A DNA stretch of 64,000 bases from Terriglobales bacterium (GTDB lineage Bacteria; Acidobacteriota; Terriglobia; Terriglobales; Acidobacteriaceae). The position numbers and the translations under genes are program-made. Shown here piece after piece: positions 21,101 to 29,480 of this stretch (the first letter of the stretch is position 1; each line of letters begins with the position of its first letter). The DNA is taken from assembly GCA_963778195.1 (NCBI GenBank), contig CAVZTG010000008.1, positions 310,898 through 374,897 of the forward strand, written 5' to 3'. The notes under the pieces were generated by a model. The model was not told the DNA's origin, did not search any database, and was given only the letters and a program-made list of their open reading frames with translations.

Positions 21101-21712
21101 CATCATGTCGCCGATGACCGCGTCGAAGCTCTGATTCTTAATGTTGTAGTTGTTGACCATGGGAAAGAGCTCAATCTCTTTCTCCGCCTTGGCGTTGGTG
21201 ATGGTCTGCCAGATCTTGTTCTGGCGGTCAACGTTGCGCACCACGGTGCGGTCCACAACATTGACCACGCGATTGTCTTCAGTGTTCGTGGTCAGGCTTC
21301 CGTCGGCCGAGATGACGTGCAGCCACTCGGGAAAGAGCAGGTCAATCTGGTGCACGTGTTCGCGGAATGAGGAGAAGCTGGCCGCGTCATCATCAACGTA
21401 ATAAGCCGCGCGCAAACCCTCACCGGAATTTAGAGGGATGTCGGAGGGCTTGCGGTCAGTCTTGCGGCGCGCCGGGGTGGTCGCGGACTTCCCTTTGCGA
21501 TCGCCTTCTGAGCGAATTTGCTCAATCAGCGGCTTGTAATTTTTCTTCGGCGTTACCAAGAGCAGCTCGGGCAGCGCCTCTCGCCGAATTACGGTTACGA
21601 AAAAGACGACGAGCACGACCGTGACCACGACGCCGGTAATATCCAGCATTCGGCGAAGCCGCTTCCAGCGCTTGCGCTGTGGGTCATAAAAAACTGGCTT
21701 ATTGTTGGGCAC
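18182..21712 (-). CDS. membrane-anchored tri-domain protein: GH18-like domain + CE4 (NodB) polysaccharide deacetylase + processive GT2 synthase (PgaC/IcaA/NodC-like)
   Basis: Intact 1176-aa ORF.
- N-terminal TM helix at about aa 25-42.
- GH18-like block at about aa 100-435 (HGLSLDFE in place of DGxDxDWE, ending in WRLGSED).
- CE4 block at about aa 512-715 (TFDDGPDP, HEIGNHTFTHP, LLHD).
- GT2 block at about aa 790-1030 (LIPAYNEE, DDGSSD, DADT, AEDADL, QRFRW).
- Several C-terminal TM helices follow. Confidence 0.85.
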   Translation of the reverse strand: MPNNKPVFYDPQRKRWKRLRRMLDITGVVVTVVLVVFFVTVIRREALPELLLVTPKKNYKPLIEQIRSEGDRKGKSATTPARRKTDRKPSDIPLNSGEGLRAAYYVDDDAASFSSFREHVHQIDLLFPEWLHVISADGSLTTNTEDNRVVNVVDRTVVRNVDRQNKIWQTITNAKAEKEIELFPMVNNYNIKNQSFDAVIGDMMKNPASRANFRRQMDTFLAANPRYHGLSLDFENIPDDAQDGYRALITELYQDLHAHNLRLYVNAGVSEETLTFQTMAANSDGVVLMNYDEHETDSDPGPVAGQEWFVANLQRVLKIIPRDKLICAIGNYGYDWSLPLPEKGAKSKVKPKVLNTDVLDHVQSAWQVAADSGADIHLEPGSLNVHFAYDDEDEHVRHQVWYLDGVTALNEMRAARELGLQTFALWRLGSEDRTLWGIWDHPNAESAPDALKVVPPGHDVDTEGDGDILRIIDTPRAGLRDVTLDPDTGLITQETMQSYPRSYTVQQYGYHPNEVALTFDDGPDPVWTPPILEILKKKNAKATFMVIGEQAQDNVGLLRRYVREGHEIGNHTFTHPDISEISQAHLELELNLTERLFESKLGLKPLYFRPPYSIDQEPDTDDQARPIEIIEKMGYIIIGDKIDTSDWDEHPQKTPAEITQSVLDQLQIMKVKPWFRGSIILLHDGGGNRAATVAALPVLIDTLRAHGYKIVPVSALMGKTTAEVMPPITGRERWAARVDSLAFFGLAAFSHFVVTVFFVGDVLMSARLIIIGLFAVIDRLRKRKMVAGPDYKPAVAVLIPAYNEEKVIARTVRSVLQSDYKNLRVIVIDDGSSDRTFNVTRERFPDEIAAGRLTVLSKPNAGKAEALNFALYQTNEEIYVGIDADTIIAPDAISRLVPYFADPEIGAVAGNAKVGNRVNLWTRWQALEYITSQNFDRRALDLFDVVTVVPGAIGAWRTDAVKKDGAYHANTVAEDADLTMSLLEQGYKVVYEDRALAFTEAPANARGLMRQRFRWSFGILQAVFKHRKAFLRHRAMGLFALPNIIIFQMLLPLVSPFIDIMFVAGTIHFLVDKHFHPDTVDAASFNKLVVYFLTFLIIDFLASSLAFLLERRHPASKGDAWLLFHIWLQRFAYRQVFSIVLFKTIKRAIDGKPFSWEKLERTARMSRSTERIAEGA

Positions 21713-21872
21713 GGGGACAAGCTCATCCTAAGCAGCGGCCATGGCAAGGTCAAACACTCTCTGGGCGTCACGCGCGGTGAGAGGCCACGGCCGACCGGCT
21801 TGTATGATGCTCCGGTGACGGAGTTCGCGCCGCCTCCGAATTTCGATCGCCTTCGCGCTACTGGCGGGCTTT

Positions 21873-23198
21873 TTGCTGCGCGCATACATGATCCGCCACT
21901 TCGCGCTGGTCTCGGGCGACGGATTAGTTTACGGCTCGATCGCCGCAAACTGGCTGCAGCATCACGTCTATGGGCTGGGGTCGGGCGCCGATCTGCACGC
22001 GACGCTGATCCGGCTGCCGGGCTATCCATTATTTCTCGCCGCAGTGTTTTCCGTCTTCGGCGTTGGCCACTACTACCCCGCGCTCTGGATTCAGGTGCTC
22101 GCGGACCTGGGCGGTTGCGTGCTGATCGCCTCCCTGGTGAGACAGCATCTCGGCAGCCGCGCGGGAGTGGTCGCGCTCTGGCTCGGCGCGCTGTGTCCCT
22201 TCACGGCTGCTTACACCGCGGTTCCGCTCACTGAGACGCTGTCAATATTTTGTGTCGCGCTGGCTCTGTTCGCAGCGGACGGGTTGGTGCGCGCGCTCGA
22301 GGCGGGCCGGGTGCGCCACGCTTTTCGATGGAGCGGCCTGCTCGGCGTCGCGCTTGCTTACGCAATCCTGCTGCGGCCTGACGGGGGCTTGCTTGCCGCT
22401 GCCGTCGTGCCGATGCTCGCCTGGCGCATTTTCAGAGGCCGCTGGAAGGGCGGAGCTGCGGCGCTGATTCTCTGCTGCGTCCTCACATTGCTTCCGCTCG
22501 TGCCGTGGGCGCTGCGCAATGCCCACGTCTTTCACGTCTTGCAGCCGCTGGCGCCGCGCTATGCCAACGATCCCGGCGAATTAGCTGAAACAGGTTACAA
22601 ACGCTGGGCGAAGACATGGTTCGCCGATGCGGCGTCGAACGAGGAGTTCTACTGGTGCGCCGACGATTGCGCTCTCGACATACGACTGCTGCCCGATCGC
22701 GCGTTTGACTCGGCCGCGCAGCGAGAAGCCACCGGCCAACTGCTGGACGCGCACAATGCCGACCTCACCATGACGCCCGCGCTGGACGCTCAATTCGCTG
22801 TACTGGCGGAGCAGCGTGTGGCGGCCCATCGCTTTCGCTTTTACGTTGGCCTGCCTCTATTGCGGCTTGCCGACATGGCTTTGCGGCCGCGCACTGAGCT
22901 GTTTCCCATCGAGTCGCGCTGGTGGGAGTGGGACGCGCACCCGGAGGAGTCGGCCATCGCGCTCGCCCTGGCGGCCGTCAATCTTTTCTATATCGTGATT
23001 GCGGTGGTGGGATTTTTTCGCGGGCGGGTGCCGCTGGCCGCGGCCATGCTGCTCTACATTGCGCTGCGCTGCCTGCTGCTGCTCACGATTGAGAACGCCG
23101 AGCCTCGTTATACGCTGGAGTTCTTCCCGATCCTGTTCGCGGCCGGAGCCGCCGCTTTCGCGAGCCGCAATTCATCAGAGCGCGTCGCTACTTCTTGA
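21873..23198 (+). CDS. polytopic membrane glycosyltransferase, GT-C fold (ArnT/PMT_2, GT39-like)
   Basis: 441-aa ORF with many hydrophobic helices and an N-terminal loop SGDGLVYGSIAANW resembling the ArnT/PMT acidic loop. The start is uncertain: TTG at 21873 or ATG at 21888, with no ATG or GTG further upstream in frame. Confidence 0.6.
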   Translation: MLRAYMIRHFALVSGDGLVYGSIAANWLQHHVYGLGSGADLHATLIRLPGYPLFLAAVFSVFGVGHYYPALWIQVLADLGGCVLIASLVRQHLGSRAGVVALWLGALCPFTAAYTAVPLTETLSIFCVALALFAADGLVRALEAGRVRHAFRWSGLLGVALAYAILLRPDGGLLAAAVVPMLAWRIFRGRWKGGAAALILCCVLTLLPLVPWALRNAHVFHVLQPLAPRYANDPGELAETGYKRWAKTWFADAASNEEFYWCADDCALDIRLLPDRAFDSAAQREATGQLLDAHNADLTMTPALDAQFAVLAEQRVAAHRFRFYVGLPLLRLADMALRPRTELFPIESRWWEWDAHPEESAIALALAAVNLFYIVIAVVGFFRGRVPLAAAMLLYIALRCLLLLTIENAEPRYTLEFFPILFAAGAAAFASRNSSERVATS

Positions 23199-23868
23199 CC
23201 ACGCTGGTCTTCGACGTCGTCTTAATCTTGAAAACGTCTGCCGGAATCTTTCCGTTCACCTTGATGTTGGTGTAGTGCGCGATTCGATAATCTCCCGACG
23301 GCTCAAAGAATTGCTGCTTGCGCGAAACATCCAGCGTCGTGTCTATCCAGAGCAGAATATGGTCGTAGACATTCCGCACACCGGCGTCTTTGGCGACGAG
23401 ATTCAGCTTCGCGGTTTCGACTCCATCCACAATCTCGGTTCCCTGGTAGGTGACCGTCCAGGCGCTCTCGAGGGCTGAGCCGCGGCCGCCAAATCCCAGC
23501 GTCGAAAAGCTCTCGTAGCGCTGCCGGTTAGCGCCCGCGCTGAACTCGGTCAGGTGGTCAATCCTGGGTTCGTATAGCTGGAGCACGCCGCCTTTGTAGA
23601 TGACAAACTTCTCCTGGGGAGTGAGCAGGTGGGCGGCCATCTGCATCTCCGAGCCCTCGCGCTTGAAAGAGATGGTCCCCTTCTGGGTGTCGGTCTCCTG
23701 CACGGCGGCCTCAAACTCGGTCCACTCAAAATCGGCCTGCGCGGATTGGAACTTCTGACTGGACGCATCCATCTCGGTCAACACTTTGTGGAGCGCATCC
23801 TGCGCGCTGGCAAGGGTTACCAGCAGCGGCAGCGCGGCCAGCCACAAACAAACTTTTCTCATGGTCAT
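23188..23868 (-). CDS. LolA-like outer-membrane lipoprotein-sorting family protein (secreted)
   Basis: 226-aa ORF with signal peptide MRKVCLWLAALPLLVTLASAQ. The beta-rich pattern (GTISFKREG..KFVIYKGGVLQLYEP..LLWIDTT) is typical of LolA/LolB-fold DUF proteins. Confidence 0.6.
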   Translation of the reverse strand: MTMRKVCLWLAALPLLVTLASAQDALHKVLTEMDASSQKFQSAQADFEWTEFEAAVQETDTQKGTISFKREGSEMQMAAHLLTPQEKFVIYKGGVLQLYEPRIDHLTEFSAGANRQRYESFSTLGFGGRGSALESAWTVTYQGTEIVDGVETAKLNLVAKDAGVRNVYDHILLWIDTTLDVSRKQQFFEPSGDYRIAHYTNIKVNGKIPADVFKIKTTSKTSVVKK

Positions 23869-23914
23869 ACGCTTGATTTAGAAGCAGTCCTCGCGAGAAT
23901 TGTTGCGCGCCGAC

Positions 23915-24277
23915 TCAGCGGCGCACCCAAACTTTATATGCAACCAGCTTGCCATTGGCGTCCTTCACCGGCTCATAGTGGTCCAGCTCGACGCCGCCCG
24001 AGATGGGCTCAATAATACGCAACAGGCTGTGCTCAAATGCTTCCTCTGAGCCGGTGCCATCCACCGCGGTCGCGCTGATCTGATACACGAGGCTGAGCCC
24101 CGGGCCCTTTGAAACCAAAACTTCGCTCGCCGCGGGTAAACGCTCGGCGGGCTTGTCGCGGAAATTCACAAAACGGGGCGCGAGAAATATGAACAGCAGG
24201 ATGATCGTGACCATCACGTCGTAGTGAAAACTGCCGCGCTCATATGTCCAGAACAGATAACTCTTCAGCACTCGCAT
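23915..24277 (-). CDS. small membrane-anchored hypothetical protein
   Basis: The start is taken at MRVLKSYLFW (ATG at 24277-24275), 5 nt after the serS stop. One TM helix (VMVTIILLFIFLAP). The upstream part of the ORF-track entry (to 24835) overlaps serS out of frame and is Arg/Pro-rich, so it was trimmed. Confidence 0.6.
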   Translation of the reverse strand: MRVLKSYLFWTYERGSFHYDVMVTIILLFIFLAPRFVNFRDKPAERLPAASEVLVSKGPGLSLVYQISATAVDGTGSEEAFEHSLLRIIEPISGGVELDHYEPVKDANGKLVAYKVWVRR

Positions 24278-24281
24278 TCCG

Positions 24282-25571
24282 TCACATTTTCCTCGGCCGC
24301 AAGACCGTTTCCCCTTGCATGTAGGGTACCAGCGCCGCGGGAATCCGTACCGTTCCGTCCTGTTGCTGGTAATTCTCGAGAATCGCGAGCCAGGTGCGGC
24401 CAATCGCCAGGCCGCTGCCATTGAGGGTGTGCAAGTATTCGCTCTTGCCTTTGCCGGCCGCGGGGCGGAAGCGAATGTTGGCGCGGCGTGCCTGGAACGC
24501 CTCAAAGTTTGAGCACGACGAAATCTCGCGATAGAGCCCCTGCCCGGGCAGCCACACCTCGAGGTCATAGGTCTTGGCCGAGGCGAAACCCATGTCGCCG
24601 GTGCATAAAAGCATGCGGCGGTAAGGCAGTTCGAGTTTCTCCAGAATGATCTCGGCGTCACGGGTGAGCCGCTCGTGCTGCTCGTAGCTCTGAGACGGCG
24701 CGGCAAATTTAACGAGCTCGACTTTTTGAAACTGATGTTGCCGGATGATTCCCCGGACGTCTTTGCCGTAGGAGCCGGCCTCGGAGCGGAAGCAAGAGCT
24801 GCCGGCCACGAGCGACAGCGGCAAGCTGGCCTCATCCAACGTTTCGTCGCGGTAGAGATTGGTGACGGGGACCTCGGCGGTTGGAATCAGCCAGTGGTCG
24901 CCGTCCTCGCATTTAAATAGATCGCCGGCAAACTTCGGCAGCTGGCCTGTTCCGTAAAGCGATGCGCTGTTGACCAGGAACGGCGGGAGCACTTCGGTAT
25001 AGCCATGCTCTTGCGTGTGCAAATCGAGCATGAAGCTGGTGAGCGCCCGCTCCAGCCGCGCGCCCTGGCCCCAGTAGACGGCGAAGCGCGCGCCGGAGAT
25101 TTTTGCGGCCCGCGCGAGGTCGAGAATCCCGAGGCTCTCGCCCAGCTCCCAGTGCGGCTTCGGCGCGAAATCAAAGGCCGGCCTGGTGCCCCAGGTTTTT
25201 ACTTCGACATTGTCGTGCTCGTTTTTTCCGACCGGCACGGAGGAGTCCGGCAGGTTTGGCACTCGCGCAAGAATCTCGCGCAGCTCTGCGTCGGCGACCT
25301 GCGTTTCGCCCTCGAGGGCTTCGACCTCGGCTTTGAGCGTGCGGGTTTCGTCGGCGAGACCGGTTGCGTCTTCTCCTGCGCGCTTGCGCCGGCCAATCTC
25401 TTCAGAGAGCTTGTTGCGCCGGCTCTTCAGACTCTCAAGCTCAGTAATTTTTTGCCGTCGCAGCTGGTCCATGCGGGCGAAGTCGGCCAGCAGGTCTTCG
25501 CCGCCGCCGCGCTGGCGCAGCTTTTCCTCAACGAGCGCGAGGTTTTCGCGTACGAATCCCAGATCAAGCAT
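24282..25571 (-). CDS. serS: serine--tRNA ligase
   Basis: Intact 429-aa ORF with an N-terminal coiled-coil arm and class II aaRS core (FRSEAGSYGKDVRGIIRQHQFQKVE, TLNGSGLA). Confidence 0.97.
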   Translation of the reverse strand: MLDLGFVRENLALVEEKLRQRGGGEDLLADFARMDQLRRQKITELESLKSRRNKLSEEIGRRKRAGEDATGLADETRTLKAEVEALEGETQVADAELREILARVPNLPDSSVPVGKNEHDNVEVKTWGTRPAFDFAPKPHWELGESLGILDLARAAKISGARFAVYWGQGARLERALTSFMLDLHTQEHGYTEVLPPFLVNSASLYGTGQLPKFAGDLFKCEDGDHWLIPTAEVPVTNLYRDETLDEASLPLSLVAGSSCFRSEAGSYGKDVRGIIRQHQFQKVELVKFAAPSQSYEQHERLTRDAEIILEKLELPYRRMLLCTGDMGFASAKTYDLEVWLPGQGLYREISSCSNFEAFQARRANIRFRPAAGKGKSEYLHTLNGSGLAIGRTWLAILENYQQQDGTVRIPAALVPYMQGETVLRPRKM

Positions 25572-25705
25572 CGTTCCCCAGTGTAAATGCAGGTGGCGTA
25601 AATGCTGGTTCCCTGCTCCCTCTGTTCCGTGCTACCGCTAAGGGTTCTTGCTGCAGCGGGAGAGCTTGCTCCCCGCAATCGGTTGGGATTCGGTACGATA
25701 AAAGT

Positions 25706-27730
25706 ATGCGCCGCGCTCCGTTCCCGGCCCGCATCACGGCGTTGGCAGCAGCCTTCGCTTTGCTGCTGACCACCTGCCCTATTCCCGCCCAGGCCACCGC
25801 CTATGACGGACACCCCAAGCTCATCGTCCTCATCGTTATTGATCAGTTTCGCGGCGATTATCTGGAGCGCTATCGCGCTGACTTCAAGGGCAACGGCTTC
25901 AAGCTGTTTCTCGACAAGGGAGCCAACTTCAGCGACTGCTACTACGATTACGCGAACACCTCGACTGCGCCCGGGCACTCGACGATCGGGACCGGCGCTT
26001 ACACCGACGGGCACGGCATCGCGACGAATGAGTGGTGGGACCTGTCGCGCAATGTGAAGCGCCAGGTCTCCTCCGTCGAAGACTCGCGCTACTCGGTTGT
26101 GGGCGACGCGAAGGGAGCGGACGGGGGAGCTTCGCCGCGGAATCTGCTGGCCAGCACACTGGGCGATGAGCTGCGGCTTGCGACACACGGCCAGTCACTC
26201 GTCTATTCGGTGTCGCTCAAAGACCGCGCGGCCATCCTGACTGCCGGGGCGGCGGCGAACGGCGCGTTCTGGATCAATCCGGTGAGCGGGCGCTTTATCA
26301 CTTCGTCTTTCTACATGACGGCGCTGCCGCAGTGGGCGCAGGATTTCAACGCATCCGGCGAGGCGGCAGAGACGGCGCAGGCAGCCGGGGTGGACAATCC
26401 GACAAACTTTTACGAGCAGGTCGGCATCAGCCCGGAGGCGAACGACTACCAGCTCGACTTTGCGCGGGCGCTGATCCAGGGCGAGCAGCTCGGCAAACAC
26501 TCCACGCCGGACATGCTGATCATCAGCCTGTCTGCGAACGATTTGGCGGGCCATCGTTACGGGCCCGACTCCCCGCAGGAACGCGAGATGGTGGAGGGCC
26601 TGGACACCAGCCTCGACGGATTTTTCACCTGGCTGGACAAGTATCTCGAGGGCGGACTGGGCAACGCATGGGTCGCGCTCTCAGCCGATCACGGCGTGGC
26701 TCCCACCCCGGCGGTGGCCGGCGCACTGGGGCTGCCTGCGGCCAACATTGATGTGAAGGCGCTCACTGCCGCGATCAACGCCGGGATGAACGACAAGTTC
26801 TCACCGGGGGAAAAAATTAACTACCTGCTGCCCTCGCAATCCCTGCCTTATCTGCAGCTGGACCAGCGCCCCTTTGACCGGGCCGGGATTAACGAGCAGG
26901 ACGCGGAAGAGGCGGTCCGCGACGGCTTGCCGGCAGCGCTGTCAAAGCTGGCCGCGCAGGGATCGGCGGCAGCGGTGGGGACGAATGCGTCTGCAGCGAA
27001 GGCGGCCGACACTGCGGACTCGACGGCGAGCGCCCCTGCGGCAGCGCCGCCGTCAAAAACAGCTACCTCGGCGACAGCTACCTCGGCGACAGCTACGTCT
27101 GGCGACATCGGCCACGTCTGCCGGCTCCGCGCCGCCGTTGCAGCGCTGGCCCGCGCCGCCCACCCTGGTCGCCAGCTACACGCGGGTGGCGTTGGCGAAG
27201 GGCGACTTTCTCGCCTCCACCGAGATGGGCCGACTGCTGGCGCACAGCTACTCAAAAAACGGCGGCTGGTGGGTGATGGCCATCTTCGAGGCGTTCCAGA
27301 TGGAGGGAACAAATCCCAACCGCACCACGCACTTCAGCCCGTGGAATTATGACCGCCACGTGCCGCTGGCTTTTTATGGCGCGCCGTTTGTGCACGGCAC
27401 ATATCACGGTCGCGTCGCTCCGGTAGATCTGGCGGCGACGATGGCATCGCTGCTGGGAATCAATCAGCCGAGCGCCTCCATCGGGCAGGTGCTGACCCAG
27501 GCGCTGCACACGGCAGTTTATCCCTCGGTTGCGACGCCGCTGCGGCGACGGGGCGCCCATGCTTTGAAGGCGCCGGCAGGGACTGCGGCCGGCCAGGGAC
27601 TGCTGATTCCACTTCTGTGCCCGCGACGAGGCCGGCGAATCCTCCGGCAGCCACTCCGCCGGCGGCGAATCCTTCGGGATCGGCGAATCCTTCGGGATCG
27701 GCGAATCCTTCGGGAGCAGCAAATCAATGA
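25706..27730 (+). pseudogene. alkaline-phosphatase-superfamily (nucleotide pyrophosphatase/phosphodiesterase-like) secreted protein, two compensating frameshifts; low-complexity repeat tail
   Basis: Signal peptide, then LIVLIVIDQFRGDY and TSTAPGHSTIGTG (metal/nucleophile region) in the 25706 frame. The conserved C-terminal core (THFSPWNYDRHVPLAFYGAPF) is in the 26874-27827 frame. The tail ..PPAANPSGSANPSGSANPSGAANQ returns to the first frame and ends at a TGA (27728-27730) overlapping the pyrD ATG. The shifts are near 27100 and 27545. The end coordinate is uncertain. Confidence 0.7.
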
Positions 27731-28662
27731 GCTCTCCCCCGTCGCCCGATCTCTCGGTGCAATTCTGCGGAATCGAGCTGGAGAATCCCATCATTGCGGC
27801 GAGCGGGACGTTCGGTTACGGAGTTGAGTTCGCCGACATCGTATCTCTGAACTCGCTGGGCGCCATCGTTACCAAGGGCCTCTCGATCGAGCCCATGCTG
27901 GGCAATCAATCTCCCCGGATGATTGAGACCGCGGCGGGAATGCTCAACGCCATCGGGCTGCAAAACGTCGGCGTGCATGCCTTCGTCAGCGAGAAGCTGC
28001 CCGCGCTGCGCAAGCTCACGACGACGCCCATCATCACGAATGTCTTCGGCTCGTCGGTTGAAGATTACCTGGCGGTGATCGGCGTGCTCAATGGCGCTGA
28101 GGGGATTGCGGCTTACGAACTGAACGTCTCCTGCCCGAACACGAAGCATGGCGGCATGGTCTTCGGCAACGATCCTCACCTGCTGGAGGAGATCGTGGCG
28201 CGCGCCAAGGCGGCCGCGGCCCGCCCGCTGATCGTGAAGCTGTCGCCGAATGTGACCAGCATCGCGCACATGGCGCACGTCGCCGCCGAGGCAGGAGCCG
28301 ATGCACTCTCGGTCGCCAACACGTTTATCGGGATGGCGATTGATCCGGTGACACGCACGCCGCGGCTGCGCAACGTGACCGGCGGACTGTCAGGCCCGGC
28401 GATCAAGCCGATCTCGCTGCGGATGGTTTAGGACGCCTGGCGCACGGTAAAAATTCCCATCCTCGGCATTGGCGGGATTGTCGCCGGATCGGACGTGGTC
28501 GAATACCTGCTCGCAGGCGCCACGGCGGTCCAGGTGGGGACGGCGAATTATGCTGATCCGCGCGCGACAGAAAACATTCTCAAGCAGCTGAAGTCACTGG
28601 TGCACGCGCTACCAGGTGGCACGGGTGAGAGAGCTGACGGGAAACTGGAGCTGCCGCGGTAG
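27727..28662 (+). pseudogene. pyrD: dihydroorotate dehydrogenase, class 1 catalytic subunit, with in-frame TAG at 28429-28431
   Basis: The ORF at 27727-28431 carries NPIIAASGTFGYG, LNVSCPN and [10 protein letters not shown]. Reading straight through the TAG in the same frame continues the conserved sequence (..[46 protein letters not shown]..) to a stop at 28660-28662. Confidence 0.85.
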
Positions 28663-28667
28663 CGGGC

Positions 28668-28895
28668 TCAGATGGCGTGATATCCCGCCAGAAGAATCAA
28701 GCCGAAGAAGACGACGATGATGGTTGGAACCGCCATCCACCAGCGGTTGCCCAGCCAGCCTGCGAGAAATCCGAGAATGACGGAGAGGATAAGCAAGCCG
28801 ATGCCAAAGACTCCGTCGGGGTCGGAGGCCTCGAGCACTCCGGAGACCACGAGCGCGATGAGGCTGGCGACGCCAAGCTTGACGGACGTGGTCAT
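28668..28895 (-). CDS. small integral membrane protein (2-3 TM), hypothetical
   Basis: The start is taken at MTTSVKLGVASLIALVV (ATG at 28895-28893), 18 nt after the upstream gene. About 75 aa, almost entirely hydrophobic. Confidence 0.45.
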   Translation of the reverse strand: MTTSVKLGVASLIALVVSGVLEASDPDGVFGIGLLILSVILGFLAGWLGNRWWMAVPTIIVVFFGLILLAGYHAI

Positions 28896-28912
28896 GAGGG
28901 GGCGACTGATAT

Positions 28913-29383
28913 TCAGGCTGACATTTTCGGCAGCCGCTCTTTCAACTCCTGCGGCAGCTTCTCGCCGAGGTCGCGCGCGTAACCGGTGATGGTTTGCGGC
29001 GCGGGCGTCATTAATGCGACCAGCAGCCACACGAAGAAGGAACATGCCAGGCCGATCAAGGCCCCCTGCTGCATGCTCACCGCAATGTCGCGTTCATAGA
29101 TATGCAGGTGGAGGACCGCGAGGTGGCGCACGGGCTCAATCTTATGGATGACGGCGAGCGCAATGAGGAGCGAAATCACGGAGCCGGTGCTGACGGTAAT
29201 CAGGACAACGTCAATGGTGCGATGCAGCCGCTGCCGCGCCTTGCAGTAGGAGCACTCGCTGAGGTGCTGTTCGTAGTCGCGCCGCATCTCCGGGTCGAGG
29301 CCTGAGATGTCATACCGCCAGCTGGACAGAATTCCGCCGATGACGTTATCCGTACATCCGTTTGGCTTGCTGGGGCGGCTCAT
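28913..29383 (-). CDS. membrane protein with zf-HC2 (anti-sigma-factor-type HxxxCxxC) N-terminal motif
   Basis: 156-aa ORF. HLSECSYC matches the ZAS motif H-x3-C-x2-C, and hydrophobic helices follow. There is no ECF sigma gene next to it. Confidence 0.55.
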   Translation of the reverse strand: MSRPSKPNGCTDNVIGGILSSWRYDISGLDPEMRRDYEQHLSECSYCKARQRLHRTIDVVLITVSTGSVISLLIALAVIHKIEPVRHLAVLHLHIYERDIAVSMQQGALIGLACSFFVWLLVALMTPAPQTITGYARDLGEKLPQELKERLPKMSA

Positions 29384-29480
29384 TTATCTGCTTTTCCGTC
29401 TGCTTTTCATCTCATCGTAACCAGTCCGCTGCGCTTTGGCTATAGGTCTATTCAGCGGTGTCACCGCAGTTAGATGCGGG

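Noticed and set aside
21713-21872. c-di-GMP riboswitch (GEMM) in the leader of the GT2 synthase gene.
   Set aside because: I read the minus-strand leader and found none of the conserved GEMM-I/II sequence features. No Rfam scan was possible, so this is a weak negative.
23915-24835. 306-aa ORF overlapping the 3-prime half of serS.
   Set aside because: The upstream two-thirds are an out-of-frame overlap with serS with Arg/Pro/Ser-rich composition. Only the last 120 codons (from 24277) look like a real small membrane protein.
28429-28431. Programmed read-through or pyrrolysine decoding of the pyrD TAG.
   Set aside because: This is a single occurrence. No pyl genes or recoding signals are evident, TAG is used as a normal stop elsewhere in the window (RND gene, hbd, synthase), and the window is full of other sequence lesions.
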